In this document: piece by piece, positions 11,230 through 20,028 of the stretch
Position numbering within the stretch: position 1 is the first letter of the stretch
How the letters are laid out: every line of letters starts with the position of its first letter
From: a candidate division WOR-3 bacterium
GTDB lineage: Bacteria; Hydrothermota; Tepidihabitantia; Tepidihabitantales; Tepidihabitantaceae
DNA length: 55,098 nucleotides
NCBI GenBank assembly: GCA_965649225.1
Contig: CBFGJX010000018.1
Coordinates: 1 to 55,098 of the forward strand
Direction of reading: 5' to 3'
Notes under the pieces: model-generated
Database searches by the model: none
Told to the model about the DNA's origin: nothing
The model's input: the letters and a program-made list of their open reading frames with translations, nothing else
Made by a program: the position numbers and the translations under genes

Positions 11230-12147
11230 TCAAACCCGATTCCGGAATGTTTCAAGCACACGCGGCTCGAGCCAGTCGATTGCCTCTGCCAGGGTACCGT
11301 CATACTCCAACCACTCTGCCCCCTCGATTCGGCGAAACCAGGCCAACTGACGCTTTGCATAAGCCCGGCTTTTCACCTTGGCTATCCGCACCGCTTCGTC
11401 CAATCTCAACTCTCCCTGAATGTACCGAATCAGCTCACCGTAACCATAGGCATTGGCAACCGGGCTGCTCAAGCCAAAACCCCGGGCAACGAGTTTTTTC
11501 ACTTCTTCCAACAGCCCGGCAGCCATCATCGCATCAAAACGTTCGTCGATTCGCCGGTAAAGCAAGTCGCGAGGCAGTGTTAGTATCAGATAGCGCGGAA
11601 TGAAGCGACATCCCCCCTGCGACAGAGTCTGCAGTTCGGCAAACGGTTTTCCAGTCTTTTCACAAATCTCAAGAGCCCGAACAATACGCTGACGGTCATT
11701 CGGATGAAGCTGTGCCGCCCTTCCCGGGTCAAGCGCCTGCAAACGACGATAAAGTTCCTGAGTAGGAGTGCTGCCCAACCGTGCCCGCAATGTGGCGTCG
11801 CCGGGAGGTGCAGAAATCAAAGGCTTGAACAACGCACGCAGGTAGAGACCGGCTCCTCCGACAACAACAAACTTCACCGTCGTCATCACCAGCCGCTCCA
11901 TGACCGCCGTTGCAGCCCTGGCGTAGTCCGCCGCCGAATAAGGCCGGTCGGGATCAACCACGTCCACCATGTGGCAAACCACTTGGCGACACAGCTCCGG
12001 TTCGGGCTTGGCAGTCCCTATATTCAGGCCGCGGTAGACCTGTCGTGAGTCAGCCGACAACATTTGCAGCCCGTGCCGACGGCATATCTCAAATGCTGCA
12101 GCTGTCTTGCCCGCACCAGTCGGGCCCGCGACAACGGGAATTCTCAT
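11230..12147 (-). CDS. miaA: tRNA dimethylallyltransferase
   Basis: GPTGAGKT, SADSRQVYRGLNIGTAKP, HPNDRQRIVRALE, YAKRQ. Confidence 0.97.
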   Translation of the reverse strand: MRIPVVAGPTGAGKTAAAFEICRRHGLQMLSADSRQVYRGLNIGTAKPEPELCRQVVCHMVDVVDPDRPYSAADYARAATAVMERLVMTTVKFVVVGGAGLYLRALFKPLISAPPGDATLRARLGSTPTQELYRRLQALDPGRAAQLHPNDRQRIVRALEICEKTGKPFAELQTLSQGGCRFIPRYLILTLPRDLLYRRIDERFDAMMAAGLLEEVKKLVARGFGLSSPVANAYGYGELIRYIQGELRLDEAVRIAKVKSRAYAKRQLAWFRRIEGAEWLEYDGTLAEAIDWLEPRVLETFRNRV

Positions 12148-13772
12148 TGTCGCCCGAAACGCCTGCCAAGATCATCCAGCGTAATTTTGATTATCGCCGG
12201 ACGGCCGTGCGGGCAGAAGTATGGCTCTCGGCAGCTGAACAAACGGTTTATCAGCGATTCCATCTCCGAGGTGGAAAGTCGCTGCCCAGCCTTGATGGCA
12301 CCCTTACACGCCAGCAGCTTTGCCAGCTCGGCACTGACTGACACATCAGTACTCAAAATCGTCGTTAAACCGGCCAGCAGCTCATGCAGCTCATCCTTGC
12401 CCAGATAACTGCCGGCCGGTACTGTCTCAACAACCACCGTGTTGCCGCTGAAGCTTCGGCTCTCAAGCCCCATCTCAGCAAGACGTTCAGCAACGCGCTG
12501 GTAGGCCTCAAACTGTTCAGCGGTCAACTCCACCGTAACCGGAAAAAGCAACCCCTGGCTTGCCGCTCTTTCCTGTCCCCGCAATGCCTCCTCAAAGAGA
12601 ATCCGCTCGTGCGCCGCATGCTGGTCGACGACAACGTAGCCAGTTGCAACCTGGGCCAACACGTAGGTGTTATGGAGCTGCCAGAAATCCTGCGGGGTGC
12701 TGTCTTCGGCCGCAAACCCTCGCCCCGCTGGTACAGCGTCCGCCTCATCAAAACGTCGGATTCCCAGACCTTTTCGCACTGTTTCGGCAACGAAATCGAA
12801 TAAGAATCTTGCATCAGAAAACTGCACTTCCTGCTTGGTCGGATGCAAGTTGACGTCCAACTGGGCCGGGTCGGTATCAATGAACAGTAGGAAATTCGGA
12901 TTGTTGGCGCCGAGGATCGGTCCGTATCCTTCGTACACCGCCCGAACAACATTCAGACTGCGAACCGGCCGGTTGTTGAAGTAGATCCCCTGCAGGTCAT
13001 AGTAGCTCTTTGTCTGCGAAGGTTCAGCGACAAGACCCCGCACCGACACCGTTGGGTGCTCGCCACGTATCTCGACGAGACTGTCGGCAACACTGCGATT
13101 GACAAGTACAGCGATGCGCTCGCGCAGGCTCGTAACAGGCGCCAGTCGAGCGACAACACGCTCGTTGGAGACGTACTCAAAAGCAATCTGCGGAAACGCC
13201 AGCGCATAGGCCCTCAGAACCTCCGCAACCAGACGACTTTCATAGTTGTCACTTTTCAGAAACGCCCGTCGCACCGGCAGGTTGTAGAACAACGCTCGGA
13301 CGGTAACGGTAGTTCCCTGGCTGCGACAGCATTCCCGCAGCTCACGTACCTCGCCCCCCTCCACCTCTATCGCCGTTCCCGGCTCTCCGTCTTGAACGCT
13401 GCTTTCAATGCTCATTCGACTCACTGCGGCGATAGAAGCAAGGGCCTCACCGCGAAACCCAAAGCTCTCAATCCGCCGCAGATCTTCTATCGTCCGGAGC
13501 TTGCTTGTCGCATGGCGAGTAATTGCCAATTGAATATCTTCCCGCGACATTCCCCAACCATTGTCGGACACTCTGATCAGATTTTTGCCCCCAGCCTTGA
13601 TTTCGACCCTTACCCGTGTCGCGCCGGCATCGATCGCGTTCTCAACCAATTCTTTAACAGCATTGGCCGGCCGGACAATAACCTCACCCGCAGCGATTCG
13701 CCGCACAACATCTTCAGGCAAAACCATTACTGGCCGACGTCGCCGAAAGTGTGAACCGCCCTCCTGAGTCAC
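12144..13772 (-). CDS. mutL: DNA mismatch repair endonuclease MutL (short linker)
   Basis: IAAGEV, KELVENAIDAG, GFRGEAL, DQHAAHERILFE, ACK, CPHGRP. Confidence 0.97.
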   Translation of the reverse strand: MTQEGGSHFRRRRPVMVLPEDVVRRIAAGEVIVRPANAVKELVENAIDAGATRVRVEIKAGGKNLIRVSDNGWGMSREDIQLAITRHATSKLRTIEDLRRIESFGFRGEALASIAAVSRMSIESSVQDGEPGTAIEVEGGEVRELRECCRSQGTTVTVRALFYNLPVRRAFLKSDNYESRLVAEVLRAYALAFPQIAFEYVSNERVVARLAPVTSLRERIAVLVNRSVADSLVEIRGEHPTVSVRGLVAEPSQTKSYYDLQGIYFNNRPVRSLNVVRAVYEGYGPILGANNPNFLLFIDTDPAQLDVNLHPTKQEVQFSDARFLFDFVAETVRKGLGIRRFDEADAVPAGRGFAAEDSTPQDFWQLHNTYVLAQVATGYVVVDQHAAHERILFEEALRGQERAASQGLLFPVTVELTAEQFEAYQRVAERLAEMGLESRSFSGNTVVVETVPAGSYLGKDELHELLAGLTTILSTDVSVSAELAKLLACKGAIKAGQRLSTSEMESLINRLFSCREPYFCPHGRPAIIKITLDDLGRRFGRQ

Positions 13773-14566
13773 TGGGTGCCTCCTCCGGGAGCAACAAAAT
13801 AGGGCTGCAGGTCTATCAATCGTCCGTCAGAGGCTGCCACAACATTGATACCTGTCCGAGCAGCAAGTTCCGCAGCAATTCGCCAGGGTCTCGCCTGTAT
13901 CATAGTCATGCCAAAGTGTGTTAGAATAGCTAGTTTGGGTTGCACAGTCCGGATCAACCACTCAGCATCAGGAACGTGAAGATGGTCGAGTCCCGAAGGC
14001 TTGTCTCTGACAACGTTCATTATCATTACGTCAGACTGGTAGTGTTCGGCCAACTCAGGGAAAAAGGCAGTATCGGCAATATAAGCAAGGGTGAGGCCCG
14101 GCAATGCGAAGCGGAAACCGTAAACCTCGCCTCGGTGCCGATGACGTACCGGGCAGGAGAAAGCAACATCACCCAGCTGGTAACTGAAGCCCTCTCTCAG
14201 CATCACTACCTCGGTTACAAAAGAACGGAGATAACGCAAGATTACCGGGTCGTCCCCCTCCAGAGCATCCATCGGCGCAAAGACCTTCCCTCTAATTTCA
14301 GTACCACCGCAAGTCATCGCCTCTATCATTACATTCACGTCTGCAGCGTGGTCGAGATGACGGTGCGACAGCAGTATGGCATCCAGCTGAGAAGGGTTAA
14401 GACGGTGCCTGCTGGAGGTAGCTCTCACCAGACAACCGGGACCAGGGTCGACGAGCAGCTGAACACCTGCCAGCTTCAACCAGATACCGCCTGACGCTCT
14501 AAGCTGTCTCGCAACAACTAACCGCGCTCCGCCCGAACCGAGAAAAACTATGCTGTTATCAGGCAT
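13769..14566 (-). CDS. MBL-fold metallo-hydrolase
   Basis: FLGSGG, VDPG, SHRHLDH, ADT, THF motifs. Confidence 0.9.
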   Translation of the reverse strand: MPDNSIVFLGSGGARLVVARQLRASGGIWLKLAGVQLLVDPGPGCLVRATSSRHRLNPSQLDAILLSHRHLDHAADVNVMIEAMTCGGTEIRGKVFAPMDALEGDDPVILRYLRSFVTEVVMLREGFSYQLGDVAFSCPVRHRHRGEVYGFRFALPGLTLAYIADTAFFPELAEHYQSDVMIMNVVRDKPSGLDHLHVPDAEWLIRTVQPKLAILTHFGMTMIQARPWRIAAELAARTGINVVAASDGRLIDLQPYFVAPGGGTQ

Positions 14567-14616
14567 TTGCCCCAGTCCAAGACAGTTTCCGCGGCAACCT
14601 TTGAACGCAATCCCTC

Positions 14617-14711
14617 AAACAACAAAAACGGGGTGCGGACTTTGGGGAACATGTCCCTGGCGGGACATGATGGAGATAGGGAGGTGTCACGCACCCCGTT
14701 ACAAGAGTTTC
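14617..14711 (-). ncRNA. Candidate sRNA or attenuator with C-rich (anti-SD) loops
   Basis: 11-bp stem AACGGGGTGCG/CGCACCCCGTT followed by TTTGTTGTTT; inner 8-bp hairpin CATGTCCC/GGGACATG; single-stranded CACCTCCCT; directly after a near-consensus promoter. Confidence 0.55.
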
Positions 14712-14717
14712 GCAGGA

Positions 14718-14745
14718 ATTCTAGAAACAACTGACACATTGTCAA
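14718..14745 (-). promoter_or_regulatory. Strong sigma70-type promoter
   Basis: TTGACA-N16-TAGAAT. Confidence 0.75.
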
Positions 14746-14760
14746 TGGCAAAGATAAGCG

Positions 14761-17079
14761 CTATGTCACCACTTGGGAATCTAAAGGCGACTTCTTCTTC
14801 CGACTGACCCAACGCCGGGATTTGGCTTGGCCGAAGCTGATCACCACACCGATGAACGCTCCAATGATCGAGAACACTCCCCCGACCCAGAAAACCCCAG
14901 CGTCAAAATTAAGGGCTATATCGTGGACACCCGCCGGCACTGCCACTGCTCTCAGCACACCATTCGCGCGCATAATCTTGGTCGGCTTCCCATCAAGCCA
15001 AGCCCGCCAGCGAGGATAGAACATGTCGGCCAGCAGCACCACCGCGGGACGGGTGACCTCAACGCGCAACTTCATTCTGTCATTACCTCGCTCCACGAAA
15101 CGCACAGAGCCATCGCCGATTGAATCGCAGCTCTTGAAGGGCGCACTATCAAGAACCACAATCCCATGGAAATCGAAATTCGTGTCGGCGACAAAAGCTA
15201 GGGCGCGCTTCGCATCCGGCTCGACAAACCATCGCCAGTAGATCTTCGCTCGCGGCAATGCCCGTGGATTACTATCGATGGTCATAAAGCCACGTGCAGT
15301 ATCGACCTGCACCCGCCAGACTGAATTCAGTAAGTTGTCGCGCCGGAGTTGATCAATCGTTTCTATTGCCGCAAAGGCCGAAAGTTTCAGTGGCGAAAAA
15401 CCCTCTATCAGCTCAATCCCGTGTATCATTCCTTGATTGGCGCGGAGTATTGAAATGTTGCCGGACCTTGTGTTGACTCTAAATGTCTCCTTTGTCGTCC
15501 TCAACTGCAGTTTGCGGACCAGGTTGTTCCGGGGATAGAAATCCTCCGGGCCAATTGTGCCCCGGCTGAAATTCCAACCGAAAAACAGAAGATCTGCAAT
15601 CACGATACCCGCTGCAGCACCAGATGCCCACGGCACCGTGCGCGCATTCAAATAGACCAGCACAACCGACAAGACAATCAGCACAAGGGCAATACCGCTC
15701 TGCCGTACAGCATTGTTATGAAGCTCTGGTATGGACAGTCCCTGAGACCTGACAGACAACCCGCCGGTGATAAAGAGAAAGAAGAACAGAATCGCACCAA
15801 GGGCGAAAACCAGCCATACAATCGTCCAGAAACGGGCCAAGCGGACACTACGACGGATCTCATCCAGACCGTAACCCGCCATGACACCCGTAGCAAGCAC
15901 AAACAGTGCCGCCAGCCGGGCCGGTACGCGGAACCGGTTGAACCCCGGAAGTACTTCGTATGCAATCCGGTACAACGGAGTCAAGGGCCCCAAAGCCAGC
16001 AAGAGCGAAACGAGCCCAAGCGTGAAAAAGAAAACTCTCCGTCGGTCCAACCGCATGGCAATTGAAGCGAGCATCAGCGGCAAAATCCCTACATAGACAC
16101 AAGTCTCCCAATAGAGAAAACGCTGTGGCCCTCCCCAGTAGCGGACCGTATCATTGACAGCCCCGGCTATGCTGCCAAAGAACTTCGGAACCAACATGAG
16201 CAAAGGCAGCGACGCCGGCAGCGAACCTACCGCAGATTCCGACCAGTCCAAGGAAGCCCGTACTGTCCAACGAACATTGTCAATGGCTGGCAGATAGGCC
16301 GCAGCAGAAACGAGCAGTCCGATGGTAACTGTCAGTGCGGCACCGGCGACGTACTTGCCGGCCTCACGCCAACGCCCCCCCGTAATACTTCCCGCAATGG
16401 CTATCAGACGATGCAGTGCCAGAGCATAGACCGCCATCATCGCCGCCTGAGGATGACCTGCCAGGCACATCATCCCAAGCACAAGCCCTGCCCGGGCCGC
16501 ATCCCTTCTGCTGTGTCGCTCGACTGAACGCAGCTCAAACATCAGTAGTAACGGCAACCATGCCAGTGCAGAGACCAAAGTCACGTGCACCGTATGTGTC
16601 ACCGTGTACCCGCCAAGTCCGTAGACTGCGCCGACAATCAGCGCAGCGGTTAATGACATGCCGAGCTGACGACCTAACGCCCAGGCTCCAACCGCCGCGC
16701 CGAATACATGCAACCACACCTTCAACTCAACCAACCAGAATGTCCAACGCTGGTCAGGCGAGGAAACTGCAGCTAAAATCCAGTTTAACGGATAAAAAAC
16801 CCCGGACTGCACGTCGGCAGCAAATGGTGTCCCGGCGAAGGCATAGGGATTCCACAAGGGTACACAGAATCCCCGCAGTCCTGCAAACAAGTAGTAGTGG
16901 TATGGGTGGTAGAAGTAGAGAACGTCATCCCACAAGTAGCGCTTCCCAACTAAAACCTCGGCAAAGAGGATCAGCGAACCGACCCCGAGAACTGCAATCG
17001 GCCAGAATCGCAACAAGCGGGTCCTGTCAGGATGAGCGGCTTCTCCCCTCCTCTGTCTCCGGCCCGGGTTCCGATTCAC
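14761..17079 (-). CDS. YfhO-family polytopic membrane protein (GT-C-like)
   Basis: PLWNPY..GTPFAAD.Q..FYP, GHPQ, FRVPAR, FYPRWRA..DG, RANGVLRAV.VPAG.H; many TM segments. Confidence 0.85.
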   Translation of the reverse strand: MNRNPGRRQRRGEAAHPDRTRLLRFWPIAVLGVGSLILFAEVLVGKRYLWDDVLYFYHPYHYYLFAGLRGFCVPLWNPYAFAGTPFAADVQSGVFYPLNWILAAVSSPDQRWTFWLVELKVWLHVFGAAVGAWALGRQLGMSLTAALIVGAVYGLGGYTVTHTVHVTLVSALAWLPLLLMFELRSVERHSRRDAARAGLVLGMMCLAGHPQAAMMAVYALALHRLIAIAGSITGGRWREAGKYVAGAALTVTIGLLVSAAAYLPAIDNVRWTVRASLDWSESAVGSLPASLPLLMLVPKFFGSIAGAVNDTVRYWGGPQRFLYWETCVYVGILPLMLASIAMRLDRRRVFFFTLGLVSLLLALGPLTPLYRIAYEVLPGFNRFRVPARLAALFVLATGVMAGYGLDEIRRSVRLARFWTIVWLVFALGAILFFFLFITGGLSVRSQGLSIPELHNNAVRQSGIALVLIVLSVVLVYLNARTVPWASGAAAGIVIADLLFFGWNFSRGTIGPEDFYPRNNLVRKLQLRTTKETFRVNTRSGNISILRANQGMIHGIELIEGFSPLKLSAFAAIETIDQLRRDNLLNSVWRVQVDTARGFMTIDSNPRALPRAKIYWRWFVEPDAKRALAFVADTNFDFHGIVVLDSAPFKSCDSIGDGSVRFVERGNDRMKLRVEVTRPAVVLLADMFYPRWRAWLDGKPTKIMRANGVLRAVAVPAGVHDIALNFDAGVFWVGGVFSIIGAFIGVVISFGQAKSRRWVSRKKKSPLDSQVVT

Positions 17080-18752
17080 TGAACTGTTATCAGCGATCTC
17101 AGCCGCTGCAACCGCACCGGGCCGATGCCTCGCACTTCAAGCAGGTCATCAACGGTCCGGAACCGTCCGACACGCTTACGGTATTCGATTATACGCTCTG
17201 CCGTCTTCGGCCCGATACCGGGCAGGGTCTGCAACTCTTCTGCATTCGCCGTGTTTATGTTCAGCAATCGCTCATTGGTCAGCTTCTGCAAGGTCGCCGC
17301 TGCCGGAAACAGCCTGGGTACCGCAACGGGCCTCAGTGTATCCTGCCCCAGAGCAGCCTTGACCCAGCTGAGGGTAAGATCCTCAGGCAATAGCCTTACT
17401 CCGCACCCCAGTCCTGCTGCGGCATACAAGGCATAAGTTGTCACAACCCGGTATAGTCCAACCTTTCGGGAAACCGGTCTAACCCGAAGCACCCGGGCAA
17501 GCTTTGGCCAGCTCGCGGTATCACCAGCGACATAATAGTCTAATCCCCAGGCGGGAAACGCGAGGTCTTCGCTGTCCGACAGCGGCGATACTGCCAAACG
17601 AGTCAGGCCAGTGTCATCAACAAGCACCATACACAAACGGTCTCCGTATGGGACCACGTTGACGAGTTCACGCACCGTCCGAAGTCCCGACTCAAGGCCC
17701 TCTCCGAGTGCACTCCAGGGTATAACTGCGGCGTCGGCCCGGTATGCCTGGGCAAGCGCGTGACAGACCTGAGCAGCAAGGCCGAGTTTACCGCTGATGT
17801 CAGGAACGAACTGCAGTTTCACATAACATGAACGACCGTCAGAAGGCACCAGCGTGTCTGCTGCCCTCAGCAGTCGATCAACCATCGAACCCGCTGAATC
17901 CACGGGATTGACATTAACAAGAGAAAAGCCAGCCTGCACTACACGCCCTGTCCCGGGGGTAACAAGCAGATCAACAACCCCGATTCGCCTGCCGCGATGC
18001 CCGGGGGAAACCACCACCACACCGTTGCTACTGCAACGGAGAAACGATTCCTCACAACGGCCGGCGACTACGACGTCTACGCCCGGAACACCGTCAGCGA
18101 TAATCTTGGCCTCGACGGAGTCAACCAGCCCAAAAACGACGACTACGTCGGCTGATTCGCACAGAGCCGCCGCAACAAAGCGACGGGCTTGCAGGAAAAC
18201 TGGTTCTGGGAGAAATCCGCCCAGATTCTCCGGCGAGTTCAGTTTTCCAGCCAATGGGTCGACCAGTCCTACTGCTGCGACTTTCAAATCGTTAATCCGC
18301 AATATGGCGTAGGGCCGAAACAGCGGCGCCCGTCTGCGCAGCGCAACGTCAAGCAAAGGATCACCAACAACTGGAAAGTTTGCCGCGAGCGCCAGCACTT
18401 CCAGATTCTCCAACCCGCCGGTAAACTCTCGCCCTCCCAGTGCCGCAGCATTGCAGCCGAGTGCGTTCAGCAGCTCGATGCCGAGCCTCCCCATCGTAGC
18501 GTTACCTTCAAGCGAACCGTAGGAGAAATTGCCGCAATCCAGCAGCAATGCCGGCCGACCGGAGCGAAGACTGTCGATCGTGCGTGCGAGACCCGGCCAG
18601 CCACCCAGCTTTCTTCGCGGCAAACCGGGCGAGGCAAAATCTGGCGTCGGCTGGCTCTGGCAATTCAACTCTGCTGTCAGGAGCATGCGCAGAGCCACCG
18701 GGCTCTCAACCGGGACCGCCAGCAGCAACGCAATTACAAACGCCTGCACCAC
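17076..18752 (-). CDS. Secreted degenerate 5'-nucleotidase-like protein fused to ComEA helix-hairpin-helix domain
   Basis: Signal-like N-terminus; metallophosphoesterase scaffold with altered ligands; C-terminal NINTANAEELQTLPGIGPKTAERII...VRGIG; start inferred at GTG 18752. Confidence 0.8.
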   Translation of the reverse strand: MVQAFVIALLLAVPVESPVALRMLLTAELNCQSQPTPDFASPGLPRRKLGGWPGLARTIDSLRSGRPALLLDCGNFSYGSLEGNATMGRLGIELLNALGCNAAALGGREFTGGLENLEVLALAANFPVVGDPLLDVALRRRAPLFRPYAILRINDLKVAAVGLVDPLAGKLNSPENLGGFLPEPVFLQARRFVAAALCESADVVVVFGLVDSVEAKIIADGVPGVDVVVAGRCEESFLRCSSNGVVVVSPGHRGRRIGVVDLLVTPGTGRVVQAGFSLVNVNPVDSAGSMVDRLLRAADTLVPSDGRSCYVKLQFVPDISGKLGLAAQVCHALAQAYRADAAVIPWSALGEGLESGLRTVRELVNVVPYGDRLCMVLVDDTGLTRLAVSPLSDSEDLAFPAWGLDYYVAGDTASWPKLARVLRVRPVSRKVGLYRVVTTYALYAAAGLGCGVRLLPEDLTLSWVKAALGQDTLRPVAVPRLFPAAATLQKLTNERLLNINTANAEELQTLPGIGPKTAERIIEYRKRVGRFRTVDDLLEVRGIGPVRLQRLRSLITVQ

Positions 18753-18758
18753 CAATTC

Positions 18759-18787
18759 AATATACACTTCCCAATCATCTGCTTCAA
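18759..18787 (-). promoter_or_regulatory. Putative leaderless promoter of the ComEA-fusion/YfhO operon
   Basis: TTGAAG-N17-TATATT-N6-GTG. Confidence 0.5.
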
Positions 18788-18804
18788 GCGATGTTGAGGC
18801 CGGC

Positions 18805-18832
18805 TTGACACCATCACTGACACTCCTAGAAT
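18805..18832 (+). promoter_or_regulatory. Leaderless promoter of the spt-GNAT operon
   Basis: TTGACA-N16-TAGAAT-N8-ATG, no SD. Confidence 0.75.
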
Positions 18833-18840
18833 TCCCAACA

Positions 18841-20028
18841 ATGGACCTTTTCAGCAAATGCGACGAGTTCTACCCGATCGTCGACAGGGCCAAACGTCAG
18901 GGTTACTATCCGTATTTCATTCCACTTGATACCGAACCCGATCGCCGTGTGGTGATCCACGGCAAAGAACTCATAATGCTCGGTTCCAATAACTACCTCG
19001 GGCTGACAACTCACCCCAAAGTGAAAGAAGCCGCCCTGGAAGCGATTCGCAAGTACGGCACCGGCTGTACCGGGTCTCGGTTCATGAACGGCACCCTGGA
19101 CCTGCACGTGAAGCTTGAAGCTGAACTGGCACGTTTCTACCGTAAGGAAGCCTGCCTGGTTTTCTCTACCGGGTATCAGACCAGCCTGGGTGTAGTGTCA
19201 GCACTGGCCCGCAAGGGTGACGTCATCCTGACCGACAAGCTTGATCACGCCTCGATCATGGACGGTTGTCGGATGTCCTATGGTACGGTCAAACGGTTCT
19301 TGCATAACGACCCAGTGTCACTCGACAAAGCACTGGCCAGCACTCCCCGCGATGCCGGCAAGCTGATAGTGGTCGACGGAGTCTTCTCGGTAGAAGGCGA
19401 CCTCGCACCGCTGGACAAGATCGTCAGCCTTGCTTCACGCTACCACGCCCGGGTAATGGTGGACGACGCTCACGCGGTCGGCGTTGTCGGACGTCACGGC
19501 CGCGGTACCGCCGAGCATTTTGGCGTCGAAGACAAGGTCGACCTGATTATGGGCACCTTTTCCAAGTCTTTTGCGACGATCGGTGGCTATGTTGTCGGCG
19601 ATAACAAGGTCATCACCTACATCCGACACAACGCCCGATCGATGCTTTTCTCAGCGGCCATCCCCCCCACTGCCGCCGCGACGGTACTGGCAGCGCTTGA
19701 GATAATCCGCACCGAACCCGACCGGCGGGCTCGACTCTGGCACAACGCGCGCAAGATGATCACCGGCCTTCGTTCAATGGGCTACGACATCGGCTCCACG
19801 GAAACACCAATTGTACCCATCCACATCGGCGATCAGATGAAAACGCTGCTTTTCTGGCGTCAGCTCTATGATGCCGGCATCTTTGCCAATGCTTTTGTCC
19901 CTCCGGGTGTACCGCCCAACCGTTCCTGCATCCGCACGAGCTATATGGCAACTCATACCGACGAAGACACCGACGAAGCCTTGGAGATTTTTGAAAAGGT
20001 CGGCCGGAAAACCGGTTTGCTCGGTTGA
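18841..20028 (+). CDS. spt: PLP-dependent alpha-oxoamine synthase, probable serine palmitoyltransferase
   Basis: GYYPYF, LGSNNYLGLT, GTGCTGSRFMNGT, DHASI, DDAH, IMGTFSKS; start ATG 18841 (MDLFSKC). Confidence 0.75.
   Translation: MDLFSKCDEFYPIVDRAKRQGYYPYFIPLDTEPDRRVVIHGKELIMLGSNNYLGLTTHPKVKEAALEAIRKYGTGCTGSRFMNGTLDLHVKLEAELARFYRKEACLVFSTGYQTSLGVVSALARKGDVILTDKLDHASIMDGCRMSYGTVKRFLHNDPVSLDKALASTPRDAGKLIVVDGVFSVEGDLAPLDKIVSLASRYHARVMVDDAHAVGVVGRHGRGTAEHFGVEDKVDLIMGTFSKSFATIGGYVVGDNKVITYIRHNARSMLFSAAIPPTAAATVLAALEIIRTEPDRRARLWHNARKMITGLRSMGYDIGSTETPIVPIHIGDQMKTLLFWRQLYDAGIFANAFVPPGVPPNRSCIRTSYMATHTDEDTDEALEIFEKVGRKTGLLG

Noticed and set aside
12144..13772. Short (542 aa) MutL as a truncated pseudogene
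   Set aside because: ATPase and endonuclease motifs are all intact; only the variable linker is short.
18529..18857. Apparent head-to-head overlap of spt (from 18529) and the ComEA fusion (from 18857)
   Set aside because: Artefact of longest-ORF starts; plausible starts at 18841 and 18752 leave room for two divergent promoters.
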